Below, in pieces: positions 13,411-28,732 of a DNA stretch of 64,000 nt. The translations under genes were made by a program, and so were the position numbers. The DNA is from Octopus vulgaris (lineage: Eukaryota), in the NCBI GenBank assembly GCA_951406725.2, contig OX597828.1, forward strand, positions 49,600,001 to 49,664,000, given 5' to 3'. Position 1 is the stretch's first letter. Each line of letters begins with the position of its first letter. The notes under the pieces were generated by a model that was not told where the DNA came from, made no database searches, and was given only the letters and a program-made list of their open reading frames with translations.

Positions 13411-15054
13411 ATGGAAGAAACATCTTCTTTGATGAAAGTGAACTCTACTAACTACACCAAGTACAAAGCCGCCGATGAAATTATATCGAAAAGTACTGCA
13501 ATTCTTGGCCTTTTGGTTGGAACATTATCATCCTGTGTCTTCTGTTATGTCTACGTTGGACGAAAACTCGATGAAAATCGGACAGATTCGACAAAAAAGA
13601 GGCGAATTACTTGGCAAAAGCTTTTCAGCTCTCTTAATATGTTTAGCGGCGGAATATTCTTTGGAATGTCTCTACTTTTCCTACTCCCAGAATCTTCCTC
13701 AGATCTGGATTCGTACTTTAAATCAATGAATAAGAATTATACGTATCCTTTCTGTGAAATGCTCGTATCAGCAGGTTTTTTCCTCGTGTTGTTCCTAGAA
13801 CGTAGCGTTACTATTCTGTATAAAGTTTGGGAAAAGAGGAGCAAATCCAGCGATGAACAATCAAACCTTCAAGACGGGATAAAATCGCCAATATCATCGT
13901 CGTCGACATTGTCATCGCCATCATCGCCATCGTCGTCACCACCACAACATCAACATCAACAACCATTATCCCACCAGCCACTATCATCACCATCGCTACC
14001 AACAACATTAGCAACAACATCAGAAGTAATTGAACTAACAACGATCGCTTCAAGAAACGATAAAAGTGAAAATAAGGCCACAACCGAAATCCATTCCAGT
14101 GAAAGTTCTTCAAGAAATATTTGCCTTCATATTGTTGATGAGGAAGTTCTACCGTCTGACAGTAAATACCGAAATACCGCCGACTTTGATTGTTTAATTT
14201 CCAGCAGGAAACCTTATAAATCAGGGAAAACATTTAAGGAAAACCAGGCCAACTTAGCAGAATCTAGCGACGAGCTGTGTATTCTTATACCAGATCAATG
14301 TGTCTGTTCGATCGAGAATCACTTGGTAGACTCCCAGAATGGCAGATTCGTTTGTCAAGATATCAGCAACAAGGAGAAACTATTTTGTCGTAGCCATTCT
14401 TCAATTGGGATTTACGGTTCCACCGTCACAGATCAGACAAATATTCCGTTACATTTTGCCAATGATAACTCGTGTTATCATAATGATGAATATCATTCAG
14501 CACAAAATCATGAAGAAAGAACCGTGAAATATATTTCAAACGTCCAAACAGCAGAAGAAAATACTCCGGTCGAAGAGACAGAAGAGAACGACGACCTCCA
14601 TCAATCAGGTGCTATTATTTTACTCCTGGTGTTGATATTTCACTCATTTTTTGACGGAATTACTCTGGGATTGCGGAAAGAAGTAATGGATATTTTTACC
14701 ATAATGTTTGCCCTCATTTTCCACAAATGTTTAATTGCTTTCAGTTTGACGTTGAAACTGCGAGAAACATTTACTGATCGTCTGTGGAGAGTAAAACTTT
14801 GGTTGGTGATCTTCTCGTTTATTTCTCCAATCGGAGCAACTATTGGATGGCTACTTTCTTACAATGAAATGGATCCGTTGGTTTTCCACAAAGGACTTTC
14901 TGGAACTCTCACAAGCATTTCAACAGGTACACTTTTTTACGTGACATTTTTTGAAATTCTCGGTCCGGATCTAATTAACCATAAAGGTAACTTTCTTCAA
15001 GTATTATCAGTAATGATAGGTTTTGGTGTCATGGCCTCTCTCAAGATTTTATAA
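13411..15054 (+). CDS. Zinc transporter ZIP1/ZIP3-like (SLC39A subfamily II), single coding exon, 547 aa
   Basis: Non-repetitive long ORF with LNMFSGGIFFG...LLPE (TM2), YPFCE...GFFLVLFLE (TM3), HSFFDG (TM4), FHK..IAFSL (TM5), SPIG (TM6) and GTLFYVTFFEIL (TM7). Confidence 0.95.
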   Translation: MEETSSLMKVNSTNYTKYKAADEIISKSTAILGLLVGTLSSCVFCYVYVGRKLDENRTDSTKKRRITWQKLFSSLNMFSGGIFFGMSLLFLLPESSSDLDSYFKSMNKNYTYPFCEMLVSAGFFLVLFLERSVTILYKVWEKRSKSSDEQSNLQDGIKSPISSSSTLSSPSSPSSSPPQHQHQQPLSHQPLSSPSLPTTLATTSEVIELTTIASRNDKSENKATTEIHSSESSSRNICLHIVDEEVLPSDSKYRNTADFDCLISSRKPYKSGKTFKENQANLAESSDELCILIPDQCVCSIENHLVDSQNGRFVCQDISNKEKLFCRSHSSIGIYGSTVTDQTNIPLHFANDNSCYHNDEYHSAQNHEERTVKYISNVQTAEENTPVEETEENDDLHQSGAIILLLVLIFHSFFDGITLGLRKEVMDIFTIMFALIFHKCLIAFSLTLKLRETFTDRLWRVKLWLVIFSFISPIGATIGWLLSYNEMDPLVFHKGLSGTLTSISTGTLFYVTFFEILGPDLINHKGNFLQVLSVMIGFGVMASLKIL

Positions 15055-15761
15055 AGCTAGGCCGCTGATTCTCAGACAAATGGGTCTTGTTTTATTTATT
15101 TATATATTTTTTTAACCTCCAGACTCATATTATTGAAATAGAACTCTGGTCTACAACACATAACATTCTCATTTTCATTTGTGAAAATCTTCACCGCTTC
15201 AGTTTGACAATATTTGGTTGCATTCGATAGTCGAGGGATGTGCATTGCAAAATGTTTAAACCGAAACGATAATTACATCAATGTAACTCCGTTTTAAAAC
15301 ATCGAACAAACAACTTCGTTTTGGAGGACCAATATTTTCATATATGGAAATAGTAATGCATTCGTTTTTATGACTGCAAACAAACACACGAACCATATTA
15401 ACAACTCTCATCTAGAAGATGCATCGATTCATTTAATTCTACATTAACAGAACACTTGTCCTCTTCACGGGAAACGTGGCTTCGTGTCCTACGGGCGGCA
15501 GCCATCGATTTTTTTCTACCCCAAGGTTGTTTTTTTTAAATTTTTTACCAAAAGCTGTACGCTACTATTTATAACTTTATTTGCTTCGAGATTCATAGTT
15601 CCAAAAATGCCATATTCTTTTACAAAACAGATATTTTATTTGATTAACTCATTAAAACTACACTTTACCTGATGAACTGAAATTTCTTTTTATATTTTAT
15701 CTTTCACTTATCTTTCTAATCAAGCTTAATTGGGGGCGGGGGAGGGCACACGTGCGTGTGT

Positions 15762-15806
<45 letters not shown>

Positions 15807-16069
15807 TCTGTCGTTGTTGTTGTTGTTGTTGTTGTTTCTGTTATTCGATTCTTATTTAATATGTATAAATTAACCAAAAGACAAAGTCTTAAGTTTCTAC
15901 TGGAATAGAAAGAGGATGAGCGGTTAATGCCTTTCCCAGCGTGAAATTGCAAAATACATAAAATTAATTGGACTCAGCCATGAATCCAGACCGGGGATCG
16001 AACTCGTCACGCCAGGACAACAATTGTTTAACATGAACTTCATTTAATATCGATCAGTGTTTTATTCCT

Positions 16070-16307
16070 TTATTCTTTTACTTGTTTCAGTCATTTGACT
16101 GCAGCCATACTGGAGCAACGCCTTAAAGGATTTTTACTCGAAGAAATCGCCCCCCACCCAGTACTTGTTCTTTGTAAGCCTAGAGCTTATTCTATCGGTC
16201 ACTTTTACCGAACCGCTAGGTTACGGGGACGTAAACACACCAACGTCGATTGTCTAGCGATGGCAGGAAGGACAAACACAGACACACACACATAAACACA
16301 CACACAT

Positions 16308-16348
<41 letters not shown>

Positions 16349-16490
16349 TACGACGGGCTTCTTTCCGTTTCCATCTACTAAATCCACTTAACAAGGCTTT
16401 GGCCGGCCCGAAGCTATAATAGAAGACATTTGCCCCAGGAACAATGTAGTTGAAAAGCAAGCACCTTACCACCCAACCACGCCTGCGCCT
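16070..16490 (-). mobile_element. SINE family A
   Basis: Matches the consensus, with an internal (CA)n. Confidence 0.85.
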
Positions 16491-16700
16491 ATGCTTTTCT
16501 TTTTTTGTTGTTGTTTTTTTTTGTAAATTACAACAGTCTTTTCTTCCTTCTTTTTCTTCCATGAAATCAACTTCAGAATATTACTCGAAAATGTATTAAT
16601 TTGAGTCTTTATTGTAAACGTAATTTTAATACAAGATTTCGCTTATCCACCGATCGTTTACATCCTAAAATAAACATCTCTCCCTCCTTCTCTCGGTCTC

Positions 16701-16749
<49 letters not shown>

Positions 16750-16787
16750 TCATTAGAACCCATTATTGTGGCAAATGAGCCTAGATG

Positions 16788-17195
16788 GGATCTTTTCGGT
16801 TTGAACGGCAGATTTTTCTAGCGGTGTCATATGAAATTGTCACCCATAATTATGACCCTAGAATCGATCTATTGCATTTCAATCTGTTTTAGGGTTAGTG
16901 GGGGAAGGGTATATTTTTTTCTTCACAAATGTAAATAAACCCAATCTGTTTCTTAAACGAGGGACATATTCATACGGCACAGAATTCTTTTTAACTCAAT
17001 AGACGTCAGTGATTGGTTGAAATTGCCGAGATTGAAGAAAAAAAACAACAAATATCTTACAAACTATAGAATTTTCTCAATTAAGCCAAGAGAAAAAGAT
17101 GTTTTATAAACACATTCTACCAGTATACGAAGTTTAAAAGTATTTAGTTACGTGGAAATTATTTTAAAAAACTGCCGTTCAAACCGAAAAGATCC
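16788..17195. mobile_element. MITE with ~24-bp TIR GGATCTTTTCGGTTTGAACGGCAG and 8-bp TSD
   Basis: Perfect TIRs; flanks cctagatg/tctagatg; other copies at 31479 and 61597. Confidence 0.9.
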
Positions 17196-17511
17196 TCTAG
17201 ATGTGTAAGGCGTCTAGTCCGGCCTGTTTTGCCTCTTCTCAAACACCAATAAATATCCTTTGTGCAAATACAATAAGTATATTCCTCGACCTTTAACGAT
17301 CATTTATTTCATTGCATTTTTGTTTTTATTCTAATGTCAATTAGTAGACAATAGCGTCGGTCAATGTTTAAGAGTCTACAACACACAATCACTGGTTCGC
17401 CAGTTCATGTCATGGTCTCTCTCTGTAACGCATGGAACTTTGTTCGATGAACACCAGTTTCTCGATGCAGTTTTTTTTACAATCTTTTCCAATACAATCC
17501 TTTGCGAAAAG

Positions 17512-17548
<37 letters not shown>

Positions 17549-17921
17549 GATCGGGATGGTTATTTATTTTTCTATATTTTTTTGCCAAATACACATACGC
17601 ACGATATATTCGTTCTTCACTCGTTTATTAGTGCTCTTATTCTAACTCATGTCCCTTGTCCGGACATATTTCGTCACACATCTGTGACCTCTTCAGTGAC
17701 ACTTTCTGTCTTCGTGTATGCTCTTTGCTCTGCTTAGTCCATTCTGTTCGTCTATCAAATGTGGACATGAATTAGAATAAGAACAGCTATAAACGAATGA
17801 AAAACATATATATAGTGCGTGTGTTTATTTGGCAAAAAAAAAATGACCGTCCCAAAATACAACAATATCTGTTTCAACACACAGTCCCACATTAGAAATC
17901 TTGTAACACAAATTCATAAAC

Positions 17922-18007
<86 letters not shown>

Positions 18008-18069
18008 CACATATACACACACATATACAAGAATGGATATATATATATAGTATTACAGCATATAAATGT

Positions 18070-18117
<48 letters not shown>

Positions 18118-18338
18118 TCACAGAATTTAAAAGTTAATAGCATCACAGAGAATTGATAGAATTTCAGAATGATGAGCTGAACGCACTGATTGAACAGAAA
18201 TCGTTTTATTTCATTCTACACTTTTGATTAATCTACTATTTACAAGATTATTCATCTTAATTCTATTTCAGTCTCATTATTTAATTTTGAAATAGAATTA
18301 TGTAGTAATATTTTATAATTAGAGTTATTAATTAAATT

Positions 18339-18404
<66 letters not shown>

Positions 18405-18506
18405 GCAACAATAAAACTTCCTTGATGAAAATTGTATAAAACCTATCCATTATATATCGTTTTACATTCTACACTTTTATTAATTAAAAGATTATTATCT
18501 TTATTT

Positions 18507-18564
<58 letters not shown>

Positions 18565-18712
18565 TATTCCGAATAAAAATAACCCCTCCCCACTTCCCGC
18601 AGGATTTCAACTACCCCATGAAGAAAAATAACGGAGAAATAAACATATCACAACATGTTTATATGAAAATATATCTAAGTTTGTGTATTATTGTTATAAT
18701 TGTATTATATAA

Positions 18713-19078
18713 CTAGCACTATGACCAGGCAACGCCGGGTCATACTGCTAGTGCATGCATATACAGCTGCGTGCGTGCGCACTTACACGCGAGTACTGTC
18801 CAAATCTCCGACCAATCACATACAGCTAGCTGGCATTCAATTGGCGTATCAAGTTTCGGGCATTTTGATTGGGTTTTGGATAGAAAATTCACAAAACAGT
18901 CACTTCTATTGATTTTTTTAAGGCTTTGCGGGGTGACTGGGGAAATGTAAAGATGTGCACGACCACTCTTGGACGGTTTTGAATGACCATAGAAAGTGCG
19001 AGCCCTCTAACTGAAAAATTGTGGATTTGTATAAAGGACACGCACGCAGACATTTTGCCGTTTATATATATAGAGAGA
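18713..19078 (-). mobile_element. Non-autonomous Helitron-like element
   Basis: On the - strand it starts A|TC(TC)TATATATATAAACGG and ends with a GC hairpin followed by CTAG|T. A partial copy lies at 40834-41128. Confidence 0.75.
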
Positions 19079-19543
19079 TAATTATAATGATACGAACTAT
19101 TGCAGTAATCCTCCATTCTAAACACATCTAATACGTATGTACCTATGAGTATGTTTGTACGGAAATATATATATGTATATATATATGTATGTATGTGTAT
19201 GTGTGTATATATATGTGTATTCCTCATGTATATACAGTTTCATTCTTACATCACTAAAATAATCTGAAGATATATGGATTTTATAAATTACGATATTACT
19301 GATCTTATAATAACTTTCTCATACCTCTGTTTATATTTTATCTAATATGAATAATATAATGCATCTAATAAAAATAATAATAATAATAATTGATTCATTT
19401 GTATGCATATACGTGCATATATGCATGTACATTTAAGTGTAGGTATATGTATTTATGTATATTTATGTATATGTATGTATATGTAAAAGTATGTCTATGT
19501 GTGTATTTTTATATTTATAACTTAACCTTATGCACTTTCTAAA

Positions 19544-19667
19544 ATCTCTGACGAAGCCTAGAGAAACACCCAAGTACCTCAATTTCACCTACTAATTGCT
19601 TCAGTCCACTTGAGGGATAAAAGTAGAATGATGTATTATTACCTATGGGCTGAAACAGCTGTAAGAT
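19544..19667 (+). ncRNA. Hammerhead ribozyme motif with a long stem II insertion
   Basis: atct-CTGACGA-agccta...tgggct-GAAA-CAGCTG-TA-agat. The core is intact and the stem III loop is palindromic. Confidence 0.6.
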
Positions 19668-19868
19668 ATTATCCCAATTTCTATTGCTATATGTTATATA
19701 TTTTAATAATTTCTGATATTTTTATATTTTATATATTATATATGTAAAGCATGATACATCTATGTATATTGTTGTAATTGTCCTTTCAGTAAATAAATAA
19801 AAGTTGACATAATATAATGTCTAAAAGTTGATGAATACCACCTATTGATCCCCTCCATTTTCTTATTG

Positions 19869-19941
<73 letters not shown>

Positions 19942-19947
<6 letters not shown>

Positions 19948-20175
19948 CAAAATAAGCAACAAGAATATCTTCGGTAATTTGGTACGATCGTTTCACGCTA
20001 CATCATTTTATTAAACATTGTAAGTATATGTATTGATGGAAAACCTTTATAGATGGCTGATGATTGCTCAACATTTTAAAACTGTTGTAATACTTACAAT
20101 GTTTAATAAAATGATGTAGCGTGAAACGATCGTACCAAATTACCGAAGGTATTCTTGTTGCTTATTTTGATTATA
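19942..20175. repeat. 86-bp inverted repeat (19942-20027 / 20090-20175) overlapping a hammerhead motif
   Basis: The arms are reverse complements with one mismatch. Confidence 0.9.
20054..20137 (+). ncRNA. Hammerhead ribozyme motif
   Basis: tgg-CTGATGA-(imperfect stem II)-GAAA-CGATCG-TA-cca. Confidence 0.55.
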
Positions 20176-20268
20176 ATCACCCCATAGATTTATATGGATA
20201 ACACCGTACAAAATTCTGGTGCATGTTACTTAAGTACCGTATTCATTCGAATCTAAATTTTGCTGAAC

Positions 20269-20312
<44 letters not shown>

Positions 20313-20324
20313 CTTTCTTTTTCT

Positions 20325-21216
<892 letters not shown>

Positions 21217-21426
21217 ATATGTGTGTGTGTATGTGGAATGTTGGCGATTTTTTTCCCTCCGTCTTTTTTTCCCATGGACTTTCCTCTTCCTCCTGTTTCT
21301 AACGAAGAGCTTTGCTCGAAACGTAAAACACTTTCTTTTCTTCCATGAGCGTCTTATTTGCATGTACCACGTCCTCGTGTTGTTATTTTCTTTTTCTTGT
21401 GCTGTTTTCTCCGTTTTTCTTTTGGA

Positions 21427-21476
<50 letters not shown>

Positions 21477-21490
21477 CATATGAACGTGTA

Positions 21491-21557
<67 letters not shown>

Positions 21558-21566
21558 GAATACATA

Positions 21567-21689
<123 letters not shown>

Positions 21690-22358
21690 ATACACCTGCG
21701 TGTTGTTCCCTCACCTGTATTTGTCTTTTTTTCTGTACATTTGAACTGTATATATATATACACACACATACATACATATACATACATACATACACACGCA
21801 CACACCCATACATACATACATCGATAGACCTATTCGGAAACCAGGACGCTGGTCTATGAGAAAAAACAGATAAAAGCGGGAAGAGAAACGCGAAGACAAT
21901 TGAAGCAAAAAGTGGGACGAGAAAAAAGAAAAGTAAAGTAAGAAAACCAAGACCTTTGTCCTGCTTTTCAAATAAGTCGAACGGTATGCAATGAGCCTAA
22001 AAGATTACTTGGAAACACATGGCACGTTGTATGAATCTGCCAAATAATTGTACCTCTACAGCATGAAATTATTTGAAAAAGCACTGGCTTAGAGTTTCAC
22101 CTCCAGGTCTTCGGTTAAGTATGTTAGTCTGGCTGTTTTGAGTTTGTATGGGGGGTAATCAGGAGGAGAGTTCTTCCCGAGGGGTCTGCGGCCAACGCGT
22201 AGGATATTGTTTTCCTCACTTTTCAGCACCAAGTTAACGTATATACATTCGTACTCACACAGACATATACACATAGTTTACTGTCCCATTATTGGTAGGA
22301 TCACCAAAAAAAAAAAATTCTCCATCTAGTAAAAGATAAATATCATTTAATGAGCACA

Positions 22359-22422
<64 letters not shown>

Positions 22423-22461
22423 ATATATATATAGCGTTCATATATGTAAGTATAACGTATG

Positions 22462-22509
<48 letters not shown>

Positions 22510-22927
22510 GTATGTATTTATGTGCTTATCTGTTATTTTCAACTGAAGAAGGCAGAGATTCTCTGAAGCAAAACCAGAAACCCAGGATCTTGAATTATCC
22601 AGTAAAATCTTTTTTGCTTGTTTATTTTGTCTCTCTGTCTTCTGCTGTTGTTTAGCAAATGCTGTCTGAGAGAGATTATACAACATTCGAAGGCTGTCTG
22701 TACTCATCTCAAGCCTCTACCTCCTTCGTCTATTCTTAGGTCGAATCTGTCAATATTACTATTTCTGTGGAGATTTCCACTTGATGTCAGTATCTTTCAT
22801 ATTGTGGGATATTGTCTTGTTGCATGAAGAGAGTTCCGACTGTATATTTGTCTAAGTCAGACATAATATTCTCGGGTCGCTCTATCTTTATTCACAGTCC
22901 TTCGTATATATATATGATGTGTTTTCA

Positions 22928-23195
22928 TTATTGTCCTAGGTTCTTGTAGCATTCTTTGTGCGGGGAAGGTGAGATAGTGATACCGTTGATGCACAGATTT
23001 TGGGTCAGGGGGACTGATTTTTCCCGTCCAACAATTAAGTATGAAAATTCCTTTTGGCCAAATTCCATTCCTATGTCAGCTGAAAATGTCATGGCCGCAG
23101 TCAAACGCACTGAAACACGTAACAGAGAATAATTCCAGCTGTTTTCCGCATTCTCAGCATTTTTTGCATAAAACTTGAGGTCATCTACAAAGAAA
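22928..23195 (-). mobile_element. Reverse transcriptase fragment of a non-LTR retrotransposon (R4/Dong/NeSL-like)
   Basis: HFFVDDLKFYA (catalytic motif), FSADIGMEFG..K and YKNLG motifs. Confidence 0.85.
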
Positions 23196-23291
23196 TGTAT
23201 GTATGTATGTATGTATGTATGTATGTATGTATGTATGTATGTATGTATGTGTGTGTGTGTATGCACGTATATGTGTGTATGTGTGTGTGTG

Positions 23292-23349
<58 letters not shown>

Positions 23350-23825
23350 TGTGCGTGTGTATTCTCTTTTTGTTGGCATAAATTTTGACCGGTTACCTGC
23401 TTGGTAGTAAGGTTGTGAAGGAGAGCATCTTGTTCTGTTCTTGTTTAAATCTTGCAGATTTTTATAGTCCCAGATATCATGATCATGTATGTATGTATGT
23501 ATGTATGTATGTATGTATATGTGTGTGTATATGACTTTCGGTAAAAGTCTGTGAAGTCATGAGCGAGTGTGTAACATTCTCTTTCATCTGCTCGACAGAG
23601 CTGAACAAACACACACTTGCACGCACACGGCGTCATGTACTAATACCGAAACATTGCCTACACACATACCCAAACAGACAGACAGACACACACATACATA
23701 CACACACACATATATACATTCGCACTCACACAGACATATACACATAGTTTACTGTTCCGTTATTGGTAGGATCACCCAAAAAAATACTCCATCTAGTAAA
23801 AGATCAATATCATTTAATGAGCACA

Positions 23826-23991
<166 letters not shown>

Positions 23992-24356
23992 CGTTCGTAT
24001 ATGTAAGTATAACGTATGTTCTGTATATATATATATATATATATCTGTATTTATGTGCTTATATGGTAATTCAACAAAAGAAGGCAGAGCTTCTCTGAAG
24101 CAAAGTCAGAAACCCAGGATCTTGAATTATCCAGTAAAATCTTTCTTGCTTGTTTATTTTGTCTGTCTGTCTTCTCTCCTGGCGTGATATGAACAGTTAA
24201 GGTGGTTTTAGGGTCAGGGTTTTGACTGTTATTTCAGCATGGTGGTATCTCTCAGATACCCTAATTTATAGTTTTATATAATTATTACCTTTTTATGGTA
24301 TTTATTCCCATGATGGCCACTTGATAAGATCGATATTTAAATATCGATATTATCCT

Positions 24357-24387
<31 letters not shown>

Positions 24388-24413
24388 ATATGCGAGGTCA
24401 ATTGAAGAAAAAG

Positions 24414-25377
24414 TGTTATGACCCAGTTTCTGCTGGTTGGTGCCAGATGGACTGGCGAAAGAAGTTATGGAGCTTTGTCTTGTCACCGTTAAGGGAAATT
24501 ATTGAGGATGGAAAATACCTCTGACCCTTATCCGGTCAAGCAAAGTTGAGAAAAAAAAATCTACCACCCTTTAAAATGCGGCGAGCTGGGGGTTTGTTAG
24601 TCAGTTGGCTAGAGGTGCAGTTGGCGTGAGGGTCGATCAGAGTTAGTCAGTTGGCCAGAGACAGTCAGCCAGACCGTGAGCGGAGGGGATAAGGGAGTGA
24701 GATGGAGATGACGGCGAGAAGGCATGGATATTTGTAGTAGGAGCTGAAATTGTTGCAGATTCGGAACGTGCGGTAATGTTTATTTATGTTTTTGTTGTTG
24801 AATTTTGGATGGTGATGTGCGTTAAAAGAAAAGAGAAAAGAACTTGTGAACTATGTTAAAAAAAAGAAGGAAAAAGAACATTGTGTCAAAAAGAACTGTA
24901 AAAAGAGAAGGAAAAAGAAGGGAAAAGAACATTGTGACATAAACTGTAATATATTGAAATGTAAAAAGAATTGTTGAAGAGAAGAGAAAGACTTTAATTT
25001 GGACTGTTTTCGAACTCTGTATTGCGTTGAACATTTAATGTGGATTGTTTTCGGACGTCGTGTATTGTGCATGCATTGATTGATTGTTTTTCTTTTAACT
25101 CTGTACGATTTGTTAAATCTTTCTCTTTAATGTATCTGCAATGTATTACGTTTTGATTGGTGTTGTAACAATTGTATAAACTGTTGTTAAATGTAAGCAA
25201 CTGCCTCCCGCTGTCTCTCCCTTTCTGTTGTTGTTGTTGTTATCTCCGGTCACCGGTCTGTGTTCGCGGCCAATTCCACCGCTTTCTGTGGTGGATTTCC
25301 GTTTGACTGAGCGTGGTCGTCGTCGTCGCTCGACGTAGGGTCCCGAGTTCGAGTTGAGCGACGGCAGGTTCGTAACA
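24414..25377. mobile_element. LTR-like sequence
   Basis: Termini TGTTATGA...TCGTAACA (inverted, TG...CA) with a purine run just upstream. No TSD seen. Confidence 0.4.
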
Positions 25378-25379
25378 AT

Positions 25380-25963
<584 letters not shown>

Positions 25964-27024
25964 TATATATGTATATATATATATATATATGATGTTAAAT
26001 GTTTCGTATCCATAATGCGCTTAGCTTTATAGACGACTGGTCAGGCTCCAATTGTCGTGGGCATCGGAGTCTATAAAGCTATGGAGCGTTTTATGGATGC
26101 GAAACCATTGGTCACTCTGTGACTAGACATATTCAACTTCCTATAAATACAGCTTTTCAAGGTCACATCGTGTGTCAGGGTTGCATATAATACATCACTG
26201 CCTTGATTTTTAGAGTGTACTTCTTTTTGGGATATGTAGCGGTCGATATTTGGTTGTAACGGGAGAAATTGATTAGTAAACATTATTGTGATGATGTTGG
26301 AGTCAGCAGTTGTGGCGATAAAAAGTTGTTATAACTGGCTCCATGTTGTAAGATGTGTAAGAACAAAGTGCATAATATTTTATGAAAGTATTTATTTACC
26401 GTTACGTTACAATACCTTACCTCGACGGGCAGGTTGATAAATCCAAAAGCCTGCGAAAGTTAAGTTTGCTGCTGTAGAATGTTTCTTAACATAGTGTTAC
26501 GTATACGTATAGTTAGTAGTAATCCACAGATGGCGATAGAATGTTGTTGTAGGAGAACAGAATTAGAGCTAGAGGGAATTCTAGGGTGTTGTCTCCCAGT
26601 TGCTTTCTCCCTCTGACCAAGGTTGGTCAGCCAGACCTCGTTGAGTCGTCACCAGTTGGTGACTGACTGCGGTTGAGTCGTCGTCACCGGCTGGTGACTA
26701 AACTGATTTTTGCTTGGGATGTGCTTGCTTATATTAAGATCCAGAGGGATAGATATATCTTTGAGAACAATAGATTTAGTAGGTGGTCTTGTTATCTATT
26801 CTAGCTTTGGTGAAGTAGAAGAGGTTAGAAAGGGTCAAGTGCTGAAGACATTATTTCGGCCAAGCTAATGGCATCTGGGAAATGTAAAAACCGCTGTCAG
26901 AGAAAAATCATTGTTCCATCGTGGGAAAAGTTCTGTAGCAGTGTTGATTTAAATTTGGCTGTGGTGGATCGAATCCACTTCATGCTTGCAAGATTCGCTA
27001 CAGATATATGATCCACTGGCGATA

Positions 27025-27693
27025 TACATACATACATACGGACATACATACATACATACATACATACATACATACATACATACATACATACATACATACA
27101 TACATACATACATACATACATACATACATACATACATACATACATACATACATACATACATACATACATACATACATACATACATACATACATACATACA
27201 TACATACATACATACATACATACATACATACATACATACATACATACATACATACATACATACATACATACATACATACATACATACATACATACATACA
27301 TACATACATACATACATACATACATACATACATACATACATACATACATACATACATACATACATACATACATACATACATACATACATACATACATACA
27401 TACATACATACATACATACATACATACATACATACATACATACATACATACATACATACATACATACATACATACATACATACATACATACATACATACA
27501 TACATACATACATACATACATACATACATACATACATACATACATACATACATACATACATACATACATACATACATACATACATACATACATACATACA
27601 TACATACATACATACATACATACATACATACATACATACATACATACATACATACATACATACATACATACATACATACATACATACATACAT
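27025..27693. repeat. Near-perfect (TACA)n array, ~670 bp
   Basis: Directly visible. Confidence 0.99.
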
Positions 27694-27748
27694 AGGTTGT
27701 GTTCGCACGACCTGCTCGAGTTCTTTCTGTCGGCGTTGTTTCATAAAT

Positions 27749-28113
27749 GAAGCACTCCGTCGGTTACGACGACGAGGGTTCCGGTTGATCCGAATCAACG
27801 GAACAGCCTGCTCGTGAAATTAACGTGTAAGTGGCTGAGCACTCCACAGACACGTGTACCCTTAACGTAGTTCTCGGGGATATTCAGCGTGACACAGAGA
27901 GTGACAAGGCCGGCCCTTTGAAACAGGAAGTAAGGGTGAGAGAAAGTTGTGGTGAAAGAGTACAGTAGGGATCACCACCATCCCCTGCCGGAGCGTCGTG
28001 GAGCTTCAGGTGTTTTCGTTCAATAAACACTCACAACGCCCGGTCTGGGAATCGAAACCGCGATCCTACGACCGCGAGTCCGCTGCCTTAACCACTGGGC
28101 CATTGCACCTCCA
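27749..28113 (-). mobile_element. SINE family B
   Basis: Near-identical to 5843-6225. Confidence 0.9.
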
Positions 28114-28548
28114 CCTTAAATGAGACAATGCCGACACTAAATAGAAAATATACAAAGGAAATGTTTAAAACCCCCCACAAGACCACTGCCCCTACCCACG
28201 CAACGCATACACAATTGTGAGGATGCGCGTGCGTCGGTCTGGGTGAAAGGGCAAGCGTAGGTACGGGTGGGTATACGTAGAGAAGTATTAAAAAGACAGC
28301 AGCAGACACAGAAGTCCATAACAACAAATACACGCAATCATAAACAATCCCAGCATACAACCACTCGCATCCACGCACACGCATGCGCATAAGTAAAACA
28401 CACATACACATACACACACATACAAGCACACGCACGCGCACCCACATGCTCACACACACACACATACAGGCATACGCAGGAACATACACACGCAACATAC
28501 ACAGACGCTTACCTTTTCAAAAAACAACCTGATACACCACACACACAC

Positions 28549-28586
<38 letters not shown>

Positions 28587-28701
28587 GCACGCACGCAAGC
28601 ATACACCAGAACGTGCACACATAAGTAAACACTCATATACATACATACATACATACATACATACACACATACATACATACATACATACATACATACATAC
28701 A

Positions 28702-28732
<31 letters not shown>

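Noticed and set aside
26311-26862. Possible solo LTR (TGTGGCG...CGGCCA)
   Set aside because: The termini are imperfect and there is no TSD.
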